DNA from: Phoronis australis
Lineage: Eukaryota > Animalia > Phoronida
Direction: 5' to 3'
DNA: 64,000 bases
Assembly: GCA_002633005.1 (NCBI GenBank)
Contig: NMRA01000166.1
Coordinates: 124,001-188,000 of the forward strand
This document shows, piece after piece, positions 41,201 to 52,927 of this stretch; the first letter of the stretch is position 1; each line of letters begins with the position of its first letter. Both the position numbers and the translations under genes were made by a program. Under the pieces are notes generated by a model. That model was not told where the DNA came from. It saw only the letters and a program-made list of their open reading frames with translations, and did no database searches.

Positions 41201-44200
41201 TTACCGCATCCTCGGAAGACAAAAAGTCATCCAGTCATAGACAGATAGCTAGCTAACTTCACTTACGAAAGCAGTGCTGATTCTAACATTTAATTCCGTT
41301 TCGAACTCGAAACTATACATAGAAAATGAATACAAAAACATCGTGTGGATATCCCTTCTTTAAAGGAGACAAAATACACCCATAATTACTTTTCAATTAT
41401 CATTTACTGAAAATATTTCAGCAACCCCACTTGGCAGCAGTTTACACATTATATTTGCACTTCCCCTAAAAGGTGTTTTTTCGGCTGTTACTAAGCATGA
41501 TTAGGAAAACGATTACTACACTCGTGTCTCATTGAAAATGAACCAAACACTCGCAATTCCTTTGAATATTTTTTAAATCACTTCCAGTTTTTGTTGTCAA
41601 AAAGCTCAGCTGCACATAGGAACACTCTCAGAAAACTTCCAGTTTTTGTTGTCAAAAAGCTCAGCTGCACATAGGAACACTCACAGAACAAGGTAGGATC
41701 TGCAACATAAACTGAAAACATGGCGACACTTTGCGAACTTTAGTTCAACTTTACACAGTTTTTTCACATCATAGTTGGCTGAATTGGAAAATAAAACATC
41801 AAAATGTTAAATCAGCAACACTTTCAATTTTCAAGATATCGCTTGAAGCATAGAATGCTTTTTGTGGCGATTCCATTCCCATATTTGGTATTTCTCTGTA
41901 TTCAGTAAATGTGACACATTTCTAAAAGACAGATAAAGACTAACATTCCTGAAACAAACGAACGTCATGAAGTCCTACCTCAGCCCAACTCTTGACTGAC
42001 AGTACTCTCCGTAGCGTTCCTACTAGTGTGCCCGCACCCGTGCCATTTTGTGTGGATATATTACCAGCCAATACAGCAGTGTCTTTACTGGTCAGAGGTG
42101 CCTCAACAGATTGGGATATGGACATTGACTTGATTTCTACGCTGGGAAATCCAGACCTGAAATAAGGACCGAATTGTACACAAACATGCAACCAAACAAC
42201 TACAGCAAACCTGCCAAGTATTTGCATGAAGTTTTTGCCTAGCTGGGCAAAGATGACATCACTACAAGACGACTTTGGTATTTCTACTGTCCAAAAAAGC
42301 AAATTAAAAGCTGGATAATAATTTGGGCGTGATATCTGGAAGCATACTCAAGTGTGGTCATGAGGTAGCCAACACAGATTTCTGGCTTGAAAAAATGCGC
42401 ACGGAATTTCCCGGTCAACTTAACATCATGTAGTACATGTAGAAATACAAATGTCAATTCATCCTATTCCACACAGCCTACATGCAAAATGCAGAGGTGA
42501 CATGTTGACAAAATTACCTGAAGCCATCAGCCTCATATCGCTCAAAAATATCTGTTGCATCGATGCCAACACTCGTGTTTCCCTGAAAGACGCAACCCAA
42601 TAATTAATAATCAGGATACACACATGTAAAACTGAAAATCACTTATCTAAGTTTGTAAAACATCGGCTTTAGGGACATCAAAATATCAATGCAACATCCT
42701 CCATGATATGTAAAAGAGAGCAGTGAATTACACCATGTAGTCAATACCCTTTGCCTAGTTAATTAAGTGTAAAATGTCATCATTTTCCAGCATTTCTTAA
42801 AATAGAAAAGTTCACAAGTCATCCATAAAACAATATGTTTGTGACTGACATACTAATAAACATATAACCACATTGTGGCACTATATGTCTTCCCACCATT
42901 CCTTTATCATCTGACTGACACACTAATAAACATATAACCACATTGTGGCACCATATGTCTTCCTTCATCATCTCTTTACATTTTTAGAACTTTTCTACCC
43001 GACTGTGATCTGCAAGAACGGTCATGAGGTAAAATCAGTATTGATTGGGATCTTAAACTTTCAGTCGATAAAACTCTTCCCTAACTAGCAGTATTCATTT
43101 GAATCCGATATATTATTGAATTAAATAGCTATTTCCTTCATACGGTACTACGAAAACATTAACAGTTTCAATGAAATGCAACAGTCACTCTGTACACACC
43201 CTGGGGTTGGTGCTTTGTTGCGCCTGTCTTTCCTCTCGGTCTTGAACAATTCGTTCATACTCTTCTCTGATTTCCTTTGGAGACTTTCCATACATGGGAA
43301 CTATCTGTGAAACGAAGAAAAAAAAGTGAAATGAAGGTATGAGACATTATGTTACACACAGGCAAAGCTAGTGAAATATAGGAAGAGAAGGCGAGAGACA
43401 GAGCTGAATTGAATACATTACGATGAACAATGATGACATACAGAGCAATAGCCAGACAGGGCCGAGTTGTACACATTATAAAGAACAATGAGGGTGTCGA
43501 GAGAAAGTCAGACAGACAGACGAAATGAACATATGAATAAACAATGATGGTGTAGAGAGGCAGAGGAACTGAGCTTGGTTGAACACATTACAATGAATAA
43601 TGACCATGTAGAAAGAGGAAGAGAATCAGACCTGAGTTGAACACATTATAATGAACAATGATGGTGTAGAAATAGGCAGAGGTATAGAACCAAGTTTCAC
43701 ACATTGTAATGAACAAAGGTAAAGTGTAGAGACGTCCCTGCATTGAACACATTACAGAACTCCATTTGGCAGCCTGCAGGTCACCGATGCGACCTCAGAT
43801 TTTTATGGCACCATGAAGTCACTACACAACATCCAAGGTGAAACTCAAAACCGAACAAGAAGTAGCAAAAATCGTAAGGGCCCAATCATGTCTGCCTGCA
43901 TCAAGACGTGAGCCTGTGCGTGAAACAATATTGGGCCTATTTGAGCAAAAAACAAACGTCTGGGCAATCTCGTATATCTGTGGAGTTAGCAAATTTTCAC
44001 AATCTTATGTTTTCTTTATTTAATTTTTGCAGCTCTTGCCAATGAGGTTTGGTGAGCTGGGAATTTTGTCATGTCTGTGAGATGACTTTATGCTAAGCAT
44101 AAGGCCCTATATTATGAATAATTATGGTAAAGATGAGCGTGGACAGTGAAATATAGAGAGGCACAGAGACAGGCCTGTGCTGAACACATTACAAAGAAAT

Positions 44201-47200
44201 TACATCCTCATTATAAAACCAAGTCATCAAAAGTTGTTTTTGACAGAAAGTGCAGGTATATTGCCCCTTCAATTCTCAACATACATCATTGACCAGCCAA
44301 AGTTTCCAGTGAGACATGACTATCAACACAACGTTAAGGACACCTCGAAATTTTCTATTTTTGAAATGGCTGTGTCGAGTTAGTTGAGCAAGGTTTTCAG
44401 TGCTCTAGACTGTTTATTTTATATACCTCCTTTCCATCAATCTCACCTCCTTTCCATCAATCTCCTCTAAGCCTTTCACTCCCAGTGTGTCATAGATGGC
44501 TCTCTTGTGAGGGTGCAGTAGAACTGTTATAAACATTACAAATTATTCGAGGTTTTAAATTTTGACCATAGAAATATCGAGACAGTTGAATATGACTTAA
44601 CTTTTGCCAAAGAAACAACAGTAAAAATTCATTGAAAACACAAATATTTTACTTTATAAGCTTCTTGTCTCAACACTGACAATGTTTTTTTTTCCATAAC
44701 CACCCGAAAATGATTACAGACAATCAAGCATTGCATCACATTTTAGAGTGAATTTCATTTTTACTGCAGTTATTTCAAAGTGCTTTAAACTCGCAATCTG
44801 TCAAAATAACCGTGACTAACTTTTGCTTAGAGGACGTATCGCTATAAAACTGACCTCAACTTGATTCAGATAAGAGATGAGTCATAGTTTCTGATAGGAA
44901 TAATAGTTCATTATTGAAGCAACATCTGACAACATTTCATACTAAACACAATGGGGTATTACTAACGCTGTGATTGGCTGTCCTGATTCTATGTAATATG
45001 CATCCACCAATAAGTTCTCGTAGCTCGAGATCAGCTAAATAACACATCATCACATAGTGTTTGCAGGTGTTCTAATTTGACAGCTGATTAACTGGTAGGA
45101 TTGTCTTTGGCATTTTTGATATGAAATTGGTGGTTTTAAGTACTTTAAACAGACATGTACAAAAATCAAATAAAATTAACTAAACAGCCATCTCCACTTC
45201 ACAGGTGGCAGTAATAATGAAGTTGATTTTGTTATGCATATATATTATCAACAGCAAATAAGTCACATTTGATAAAATGGTATATAAAGTGTTAATTGCT
45301 ATTTGAGATTGTATTACTACTGGAAAGCTCAACACAAGGCTCACCATTGCATTCAAATGGTAATAAGTTGTACATTACCCAACTTACCTTCTTTTGCTTT
45401 CTGTAATTTTATAAACATGGCCTTTGCATGTTTTTTCTTGATAGGGTCGACGTATTTATCGGGATGATACACTCGACCCAGGCATCTGTAGGCATTAATG
45501 ATCTCTTCATCACTTGCCTAAAATATTGACAAAGCATGTGAACAAAGCATTGGTGCAGCAAACACCTACATCTGATGTCAGAAGATGTCACTTTGATGTC
45601 AAAAATGCAAAACGGTTCTTACTATCAAATAACAACTTCAAGTTGCACTATTTTAGATTGAAGCACAATACACAAGTTGGGAATTCACCATATGATCTAC
45701 TACTAGATCACAAGAAGGTAACAATGTATCAACTGGTAGTGACAGGCCGTGGAACTGCATTCTTTCACGGCAGATCAGTTTACGACAGGTCGACCAAACA
45801 GGTGTTGACCAATGGGGGCACTGGGAAGGGGGTTCACACAGCTACCGACCAGGGTTGCACCAAGGAGTCGTTGTCGACCAAGCGAGGCACCGTGGATATG
45901 TCGACCAGCGGGGGTCGCACTGTTTGTCCCTTACATCACTCTGCTTCCGAATTGCACAACTTCGACAGGTTACCTCACGGGTTAGCGTTTACTTAGTAGA
46001 AAATAACTCTCAAATGTTCAACCATTAAGCGACATTGAACCGGTGCATTCTGTTGTGATTTACTCCCCTTACCTCCAAAGATGTCCATCCGCACTCGAAA
46101 GGTACTTGTAATATAAGTAATGTGACTTTGATAGTTTAGCAATAGCTAAGCATAATTTGCTTTAAGTTTTCCATCACACACTGATACAAGATGGATTAGG
46201 ATGTGCAACTGGTCTACCCTAGTTAGTGAGTTGAGATTTACAGGCTGTAAAATTCCAGTCACCACTCAAATTACTGCCAGTTTTTAATCACAGTGCAATT
46301 CACCATTTTTTTTATGCATTATGTTTTGATTCAGGTACCTTTGACCCATAAAATTTATTGCTATTGACAGCTACCAGTTGAAAGTTATTTCGCTATCATC
46401 AGTGTAGTTATTAAGTATGGTGAACAATTTTGTAGTGAGGGAGGAATTTTCTACGAAATCAGTACATAATAAAAATCTAATTTTTTAAACAATGAACTTG
46501 ATGGCAACAGAAGCTTCCATTCCCCATACATACCTTCCACCCCTACATATTTCTAGTACACGAAATTCCCGCTCTCATACCTTTGAGAGAACACTCATTT
46601 GGATAGCCTCGGTGCATGGGTAAAAACCTGGCCAGATAAAACCTGACACAAAATTAGTGTCATTAAAAACTACAATCACTCTTGAGTAAAGTAAATTATT
46701 TAACGGTGTTAGAAAAAATGGTGTTCTACCGTTATTCTGCTGCTAAAGTTGTGAAGCAATCTTCTGCGTCGGCTTTCGGTGCCATGAAATATTGCGTCAT
46801 CTATTGGCCAGTTTCCACCTTTGTCAATTCTTCAATCAACTGTTCTTCTTCCACAAGGTTGCGGAGATGTCAAGGTAAATTATCGAAACTGGTTTCATTT
46901 AGTTACAAGTTTTTAATATTTTGATACCAGCAAACCGAATTTCAGAATCAATTTTGCTGCTGTGAAGCTGTCGTCATCTCCTGAGAAATGGTGCATGCAT
47001 GTGACACGAGCGTATTGTTTTCAAAACGACAAAATACTTTTCATTGTTACAAAAGGTGAAGAATTATGCAAGAAAATGATGTTTATTAGATTGCTTTTCA
47101 CTTAAACGGCTGTAACGGGCAAGGTGAGTGTGGGCTGATTCACAGATTTTGCATTTGACCTGTCCGGTCTTTAGCTCTACATGTTGATACAGGTTTGACG

Positions 47201-48593
47201 GTGAGATGACGAACAGAACTACCCTGGCTGTGTGCAATTTTGAGGTCTGTCAGCGCTGAACACACAGTGGTATGTAGTTTTGACAATAGTCTTCATGCAG
47301 CTAGCTGGCTGGCTAACATTCGCACCACATACTACGAAAACTCTTTCCATCAACTATTTTAACTCCCACAACATGTCATTTCATCAGCAAAAATATTCAC
47401 GAGTAACATTTCAAACATCAACCTTACTCAGTAAATAATAGAACTTGTTTCTATCCAGGTGCTAACTAGGCAATTACATCGTCCTGGATGCCGCAGGCAT
47501 GCAGGGGCAATAGTACATCCCCACAAAAATTTACGAATTTCAAAATACAGAAAATAAAATCAAATGAAACATGCATATATGCACATACCATAAGTCTGGA
47601 GATGATTCAGTCAAGATAATTTGAACAAATCGATGAAAAACTGTCACAGTTTGCTCGAGTTTCTCTTACCGGGTGCCATTTTGAGGAATGACGTGAAATC
47701 ACACATGTTGATGAATAAAAAGTCCAAGGGACACAAATCTTACAAATTTCACCTGATACCTTCCCATTCTATTTTGCAAGTGTCACACGCTTCACTCAGT
47801 CTCGTGCTAGCCTTTGCCTAACTCACGTGACTCAGTTGAAATACCTTGTGGTTAATCGCGCATGCGATGACAAAATTAACATTGACCAAAAAAGTGGAGT
47901 TTGAATTCTTCGCCAAAGTCACCTTATTTCTGGTAACTAAGCTTCATCGAAGATATGTATAGAAGTAGAAAGGACCAATGAAGAGTGAAGAAAGTAAGCA
48001 CTTTTTTAAGTGACAGTTTTTAGTGTGGAATGTATTTTTGATGAGGTGAAAACTCCTAATCGGTAGCCGGATTTGGCCTACCGCCCCTTTAAAATACACA
48101 GGACCAAATTCATACAGAAATCGATGGGAAGTACTGTAGCCCCTTACCAGCCAGCCGAGGCCGGGGCTACGTGTTGCCTAGGCGCTAACACGCACTTTGT
48201 TTTGTTGTTATTTTGAGTTACGAACAGTTCAAATTTATCACCGACATTCAGTACTTCGATCACTTTTTGAACGTGTAAGAAGAAGTAAGCGACCTACGAT
48301 CGTAGTGTCAATTTCGTCCGAGTTGCTTCTAACCAAGATTCAACAAGATTGCTCATCATGATCATCAAATGATTAAGCCAACCCAAACCAAGATCAAGAT
48401 AGGATAGAGCAGACACATATTTAAAACATCGGGACAACGCTTAAAACAAAATGTGGTCCAAAGTAAGGCTATTACAACCCTATAAAATTATTCTGTTTTT
48501 CAATGTAAACAGTCAACTCACATCTTTTGCAACATTAAGCAGCGCATAAAATGCATCAGGTTCTTCACCAACGTCTTCCATGGAAGCGGCCAT
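32212..48593 (-). CDS. DNAJC11: DnaJ homolog subfamily C member 11, complete, 16 coding exons, 559 aa
   Basis: Exons: 48522-48593, 45388-45517, 44447-44523, 43200-43304, 42518-42582, 41979-42156, 40431-40566, 40116-40240, 39075-39157, 38653-38769, 37464-37619, 35577-35646, 34977-35095, 34701-34794, 33124-33253, 32212-32234. All GT-AG and phase-consistent (1680 nt). J-domain YHPDK, ISQSVEAPLT, STQNG.G.G and LPGFYDPC.GEEK are DNAJC11 motifs. Confidence 0.95.
32446..32929. mobile_element. hAT-type MITE with 8-bp TSD in last DNAJC11 intron
   Basis: TIR CAGGCCTTTAT ... ATAAAGGCCTG. Identical flanks GTTGTGTA at 32438-32445 and 32930-32937. Confidence 0.85.
33564..33707. repeat. Imperfect (TTG)n microsatellite
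   Basis: Direct reading; ends at an N. Confidence 0.95.
33727..33862. mobile_element. Short palindromic MITE remnant
   Basis: Perfect 19-bp inverted repeat TTCAGTAATGCTAGGACCT / AGGTCCTAGCATTACTGAA. Confidence 0.6.
36030..36340 (-). mobile_element. Internal fragment of the HINE-like family seen at 16925
   Basis: Contains CCAAATTTCATGAAAATC and ACTAG(A/G)G motifs in reverse orientation to the 16925 copy. Confidence 0.5.
36500..36868. mobile_element. MITE with long imperfect TIRs
   Basis: GGGACCAGGGTCTAAT..GTACTCGAAATTGAACTC is inverted relative to GAGTTTGATTTCGAGTAC..ATTAGACCTCGGGCCC. Confidence 0.65.
36950..37364. mobile_element. Tc1/mariner-type MITE with TA TSD
   Basis: TA|CCGGGATTTTTCGTAGATAAGCCCA ... 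TGGGCTTATCTATGGAAAATCCCGG|TA. Confidence 0.85.
38040..38563 (-). mobile_element. HINE-like element, same family as 16925
   Basis: Minus-strand start TTTTTTGCACCCACAGATTGCATAGTGCTGTCACCTCTG resembles the 16925 start. Internal CCAAATTTCATGAA and CCACTAG repeats. Confidence 0.6.
39287..40017. mobile_element. hAT-like non-autonomous element; related copy at about 43760-44108
   Basis: CAGGGTTCGA ... TCGAGCCCTG, flanks CTTTG/CCTTG. GCAGGT.ACC.ATG.GACCTCAGATTTT is shared with about 43776. Confidence 0.55.
43395..43760. repeat. Degenerate tandem repeat, about 55-60-bp unit
   Basis: Recurring TTGAACACATTA(C/T)AATGAACAATGA..GTAGA motif. Confidence 0.7.
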
Positions 48594-49933
48594 TTTTATT
48601 TTGTTATGACCCCTATTGGGCATTTCTAGTGCGACGGGAACGCTGCCTATTGGTGGGGCCGTGAGATATGCAGGTGGGGGTGTCATTGCATCATTTCCCA
48701 TAATTATTTGACACTTCCGATGACGAAATTTCATGAAACTTTTTATTATTTTTTTGCGTTAAGCTTTATACCATTGAATTAACGCATTCTGGAATATTCT
48801 GAGCGCAGGATTGTAAAAAAGGATGCAGTGAATTGGGATTCTGATGGGGTTCCGCTGTTTAATTCGACTGCGCCGATCCAAGTAGCCTAATTCTAGTATA
48901 ATAAAACTAAAAGCTGTATTCTCGGTGTCTCACCATGATCCATTCTAGAAAATGCTACAGAGTTTATTGCATACGGAGTTAGCCAACCGTAGATTCCAAA
49001 TTTGAAAATCGTGGCGCGTGCGCACCGTATCGCACGCAATGTGCACCGTCAATAAACAGCGTTTAAGGCCGAAATATTGGATCCTATCACGGTAAGGAAC
49101 CAATTTCATCATAATAAAAGGTCACGTTTTTAGCCATCAAAACAGGGCGAAATGCAGCTTTTTGCAGGGAGACAGATGAATGTTCAACCCTTGGCAGCGA
49201 AAGGAGCAGAGAAGCGGCGTGACGGATGCACGCGGCCCGGCAAAAAATGATATCAGTACGTGGTACACTCAAATACTTTGACAGCATAAACCTTTCTGTA
49301 GGCATGTTTGCGTAGTTGGAAAAGCAAACCCTAACTCCCGTACCGGCGACTGTATAGTGCCATGTAGAAGCGGAGTGAGTAGTAGTAGCAGCAGCAGTTT
49401 TTAGTAGTAGTAAAAATTAAGTCCTATTACTGATACAAAGGATAAACCCGTTTAGCACACGTCGGCCAACTAATGTAAACTGTTTACACGTTTTTCGTAC
49501 ACGACCTTATTAGGCCTTTTATGAAATAACTGATCTAACAACACAGACATGGATCACAAAATTTAACAATTACGGAAGCATTCTACAACATTACATTCGA
49601 AAAAAAGATCCGTGTGAAATAAATTGGCAAATTGTAAGCTTGTGGGATTCATCTACATAAAGAAGACGATATTGAGGACGCATATCTGCTTAGAGGCTTT
49701 TTAAACACGTTTTACTTGTTCGCTGACAAATAATCTTCATGTTGAAAAAACACAAAGAAGTTTTACGTATATGGAACCTCGTATTAGGCTACAATGTTGC
49801 TGACACAATTCTCAGCATTTTCAACACAAGATTTCTGGAGAAAACAATGCTCTCGAATTCAACAGAATTTTCAACCCTGGGCATCTCACAAAAACACTGA
49901 CCTTTGACTTTTCCAAGAGAGTACATACCCCAG

Positions 49934-51373
49934 CAGTGCTGTAGTGGGGGGTAGGCGCACCGTCGTAGGCGCAGCCAGCCACTTTTTTGTTTTTTAATGT
50001 AGCGCCTACCCACCGTAAATTACGGTATAGTGGGGCGTACGAGCACGTGTGCGCAGCCAACCATCTTTCTACATTTTAAGGTATCGCCCATAAACGCGCC
50101 GTACGTGGCGTGACGGTTAAAGAGAAGAGGTTTGGGTCATTGCCAAACTGAAGGAACCGTGACCATATGCCCTGGTCAGTTTATTCAAAGTGTTGTTGTG
50201 AACCTGGAACGGCCGCTTACTTGACAATGATGAGCAGTCATTTTGCTCTTGTCTGGGCATCGGTACCCAAAACGTGGCCGATGGGACCCGGGATAAGACA
50301 TGGCGAGCACGAAGTCAGCCGTATTTGCGAACGGTCTGAGCTGGTTGCCACATCGGCAATCAGAGGAATGCGCGAGTTCATAGAAATGGAGGAAACGGTT
50401 AGAGTAAACAACCTATCAAGTGCTCTGGGACAACTGGACCTCTGTATTCTTTGCAGTACACTGTGAACGAGGATTCAGGGAAATGAATCGGATATAGTAA
50501 CAGGCTCTCGCTCTTGTTTGCTATATTAGAAACCACCTCCAGCTTGCTGTTTGGCAAGGTCAATGGTCCCCCGCTTTCCATGTTTGACCCACACTAGAAC
50601 CTTATGCCGAAACGTGGATTCGACAACACAGAATTGCTGCCATAGTTCTCAATCGAGATCATGTGACTTAGAAAAGAACAAAACTTACGATAAAATAAGT
50701 TTGTGGAGGATTCTGTAACTAAGCACTCTATCTTTGGACTGGTCACTAGCCTGAGTACATAGTATTTTGCTAACATTGAAAAATAAGAACAGTCGCTTGC
50801 AAGAAACCCACACTTCATTTTGTGCATTATACATTAACGCATGCACGTGTCGCATTGTACATACTATTTGTTCAGCTCATTAAAATATCAGTGCTTGTGT
50901 AACATCGTGTTCGTGTAATTAGTCTTTGAAGAGTACGAAGTAACATATTCTCACCGAGTAATGAATTTTCTTATTAATATTTCAAGATAAAGTAACATTT
51001 AATGCATCACACCACAGGTGGATAAAGGGAGACCGAAGTGCCCCGAGGACACGCCTCCACGGGCGACTAAAAATCGCCACCAAATATCATTTCTGGCGTT
51101 ACTTTTGCCTTCAAATATGTGTGGTTAGATCCCCTTTCCCTGACATCCTAGATCAGCTATACATACTCTAAATACCCACTCTTGAGTCAAAAATAGGCCT
51201 ACATTTTTGTGAGTCGGGCAATGCTGTAGTGGGACGTAGGTGCATGTATGCGCAGCCAACCACCTTTTGGCATTTGAACGTAGCGCCTACGCACTGTAAG
51301 TTACGTTCAGTGCTCAAGGTTATGCGGTGGACTCTGGGCGCCTACTTACCTCTAATTTTACCACTGAGCACTG
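49934..51373. mobile_element. 1.44-kb non-autonomous hAT-type element with 8-bp TSD
   Basis: CAGTGCT ... AGCACTG termini. TACCCCAG at 49926-49933 and 51374-51381. Confidence 0.8.
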
Positions 51374-51549
51374 TACCCCAGAGCTAGACATTTCTTATTT
51401 ACAAGTTACAACAACTGTCCATCAACACAAGTATATGAGATAGTACGACCTGTGAATTTTGGAATGTGTTCATGTTTCGAAGAGTTTGTACAGTTTAGCG
51501 CTCAGGGTTACTGTACAGATTTTCATTCGAGTTTAATAGTTTGATTAAA

Positions 51550-51799
51550 CATGCGCGCACCCAGCCTAAAAACTAGGGGGGCTCGAATTTTTGAGAATGT
51601 GGATTTCTTACTAAAAAACGGAGTACGTCACAGCTGTGAATTATGTATTCGCCGAATTCCTGCCTTTTTAGTGGACTTTTGTCTCGTTTCCTACTTTTTT
51701 CGGGCTTTTCGTTTCTACGAGGCGCACCTTTTTGCCCACTTCGGTAAATGGGGGGCTCCTTTGAGCCCCGAGCCCCCCCCTCCCCTGGGTGCGCGCATA
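51550..51799. mobile_element. CATGCGCGCACCC-family MITE, 5-bp TSD
   Basis: TIR CATGCGCGCACCCAG ... CTGGGTGCGCGCATA, flanked by TTAAA on both sides. Confidence 0.8.
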
Positions 51800-52927
51800 T
51801 TAAATTGGTCCTAGGTTAGGAGCATGTTTCTTTTCTTTTCTATAACCTTCATCAACTTCACTGACACCGACACTTTCTGTGTATAAACTGTGTTGATATA
51901 CATTGTATTACCAAAAGATGTTTTCTTGGAAATACATAAAGCGCTATCCATAATCAAATTCTTTAGGAATTAAAACACTGAGTAACCAGCAAGTCTTCCT
52001 GTAAATTCATGTTGAACTGGTTGACGATTGAAATGGGTGTGCCTTAACCTTTTATAACCCTTTATCTTGCACATGGTGCACCACCAGTACCTATTATTTC
52101 AACCAACCTTGACAAATTTCCGCTGGTCACCGGTATACAACTTGAAAGCACACATATTTCCAAAACAACACATAATCTTTCAGTTGATAAGAAAATATGC
52201 CTGAAATTTATTCACATACTACCAACATCCAGTGTTAAATTTAAAGCCATTGTAAATCATGTTCCTGGGAAAAAACATTTTTTTTCACATGCTCTTCCAA
52301 AGCAATGCCACCAAGGTGTTCTTGATCCTTTATTTAAATTGAGTGTTGGCATAAAAAAAAAACCCATGGGCATCAACAGGTAAATTTAGCTTCCCATGAC
52401 GAGCAACTTATGAATGGGCCCACTATGAAGAAATGAAATTGTTTTGAGTTCTTCTCAAGTCTTGAAATGAAATTTAAACTGAGTAAGGTGCAAGAGACCA
52501 ATATTACAAGGAAAGTGGCCTAAATCAAAAGTAGTATTTTTGTTTGACGACAGAACGCACAGGCTTATTGCACCTATAACATTCAGTATAATCAGTTTCA
52601 AAGCTATTAAAACTTAATAAGCACCTTGAACATTAAAAACTCAACGATAAAACAAAACAGTCTCCTGGATTAGAAATTGGAAAATTAAAAATACAGTTTA
52701 TTTGGAACCACAAAATGCATATACAATATGATACAGCCTATATCTACTGATGCAAGAGTTGTTATACTCAAATACAAAAGCTCACAGGCTTTGTTTTGAT
52801 AACATTTTCCTCAATGAGCTTTAGTCAACTCAGTAGATGAAAATAGTCACTGATAACTCTTGGGTCAAAACAGTTCATCACAGTGACCTCAAATCACACA
52901 TGAGTTTTTCTCATTCTGCCAAATTGA

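Noticed and set aside
41581-41690. About 55-bp tandem duplication (another of about 70 bp at 42843-42962)
   Set aside because: Ordinary intronic slippage duplications away from splice sites.
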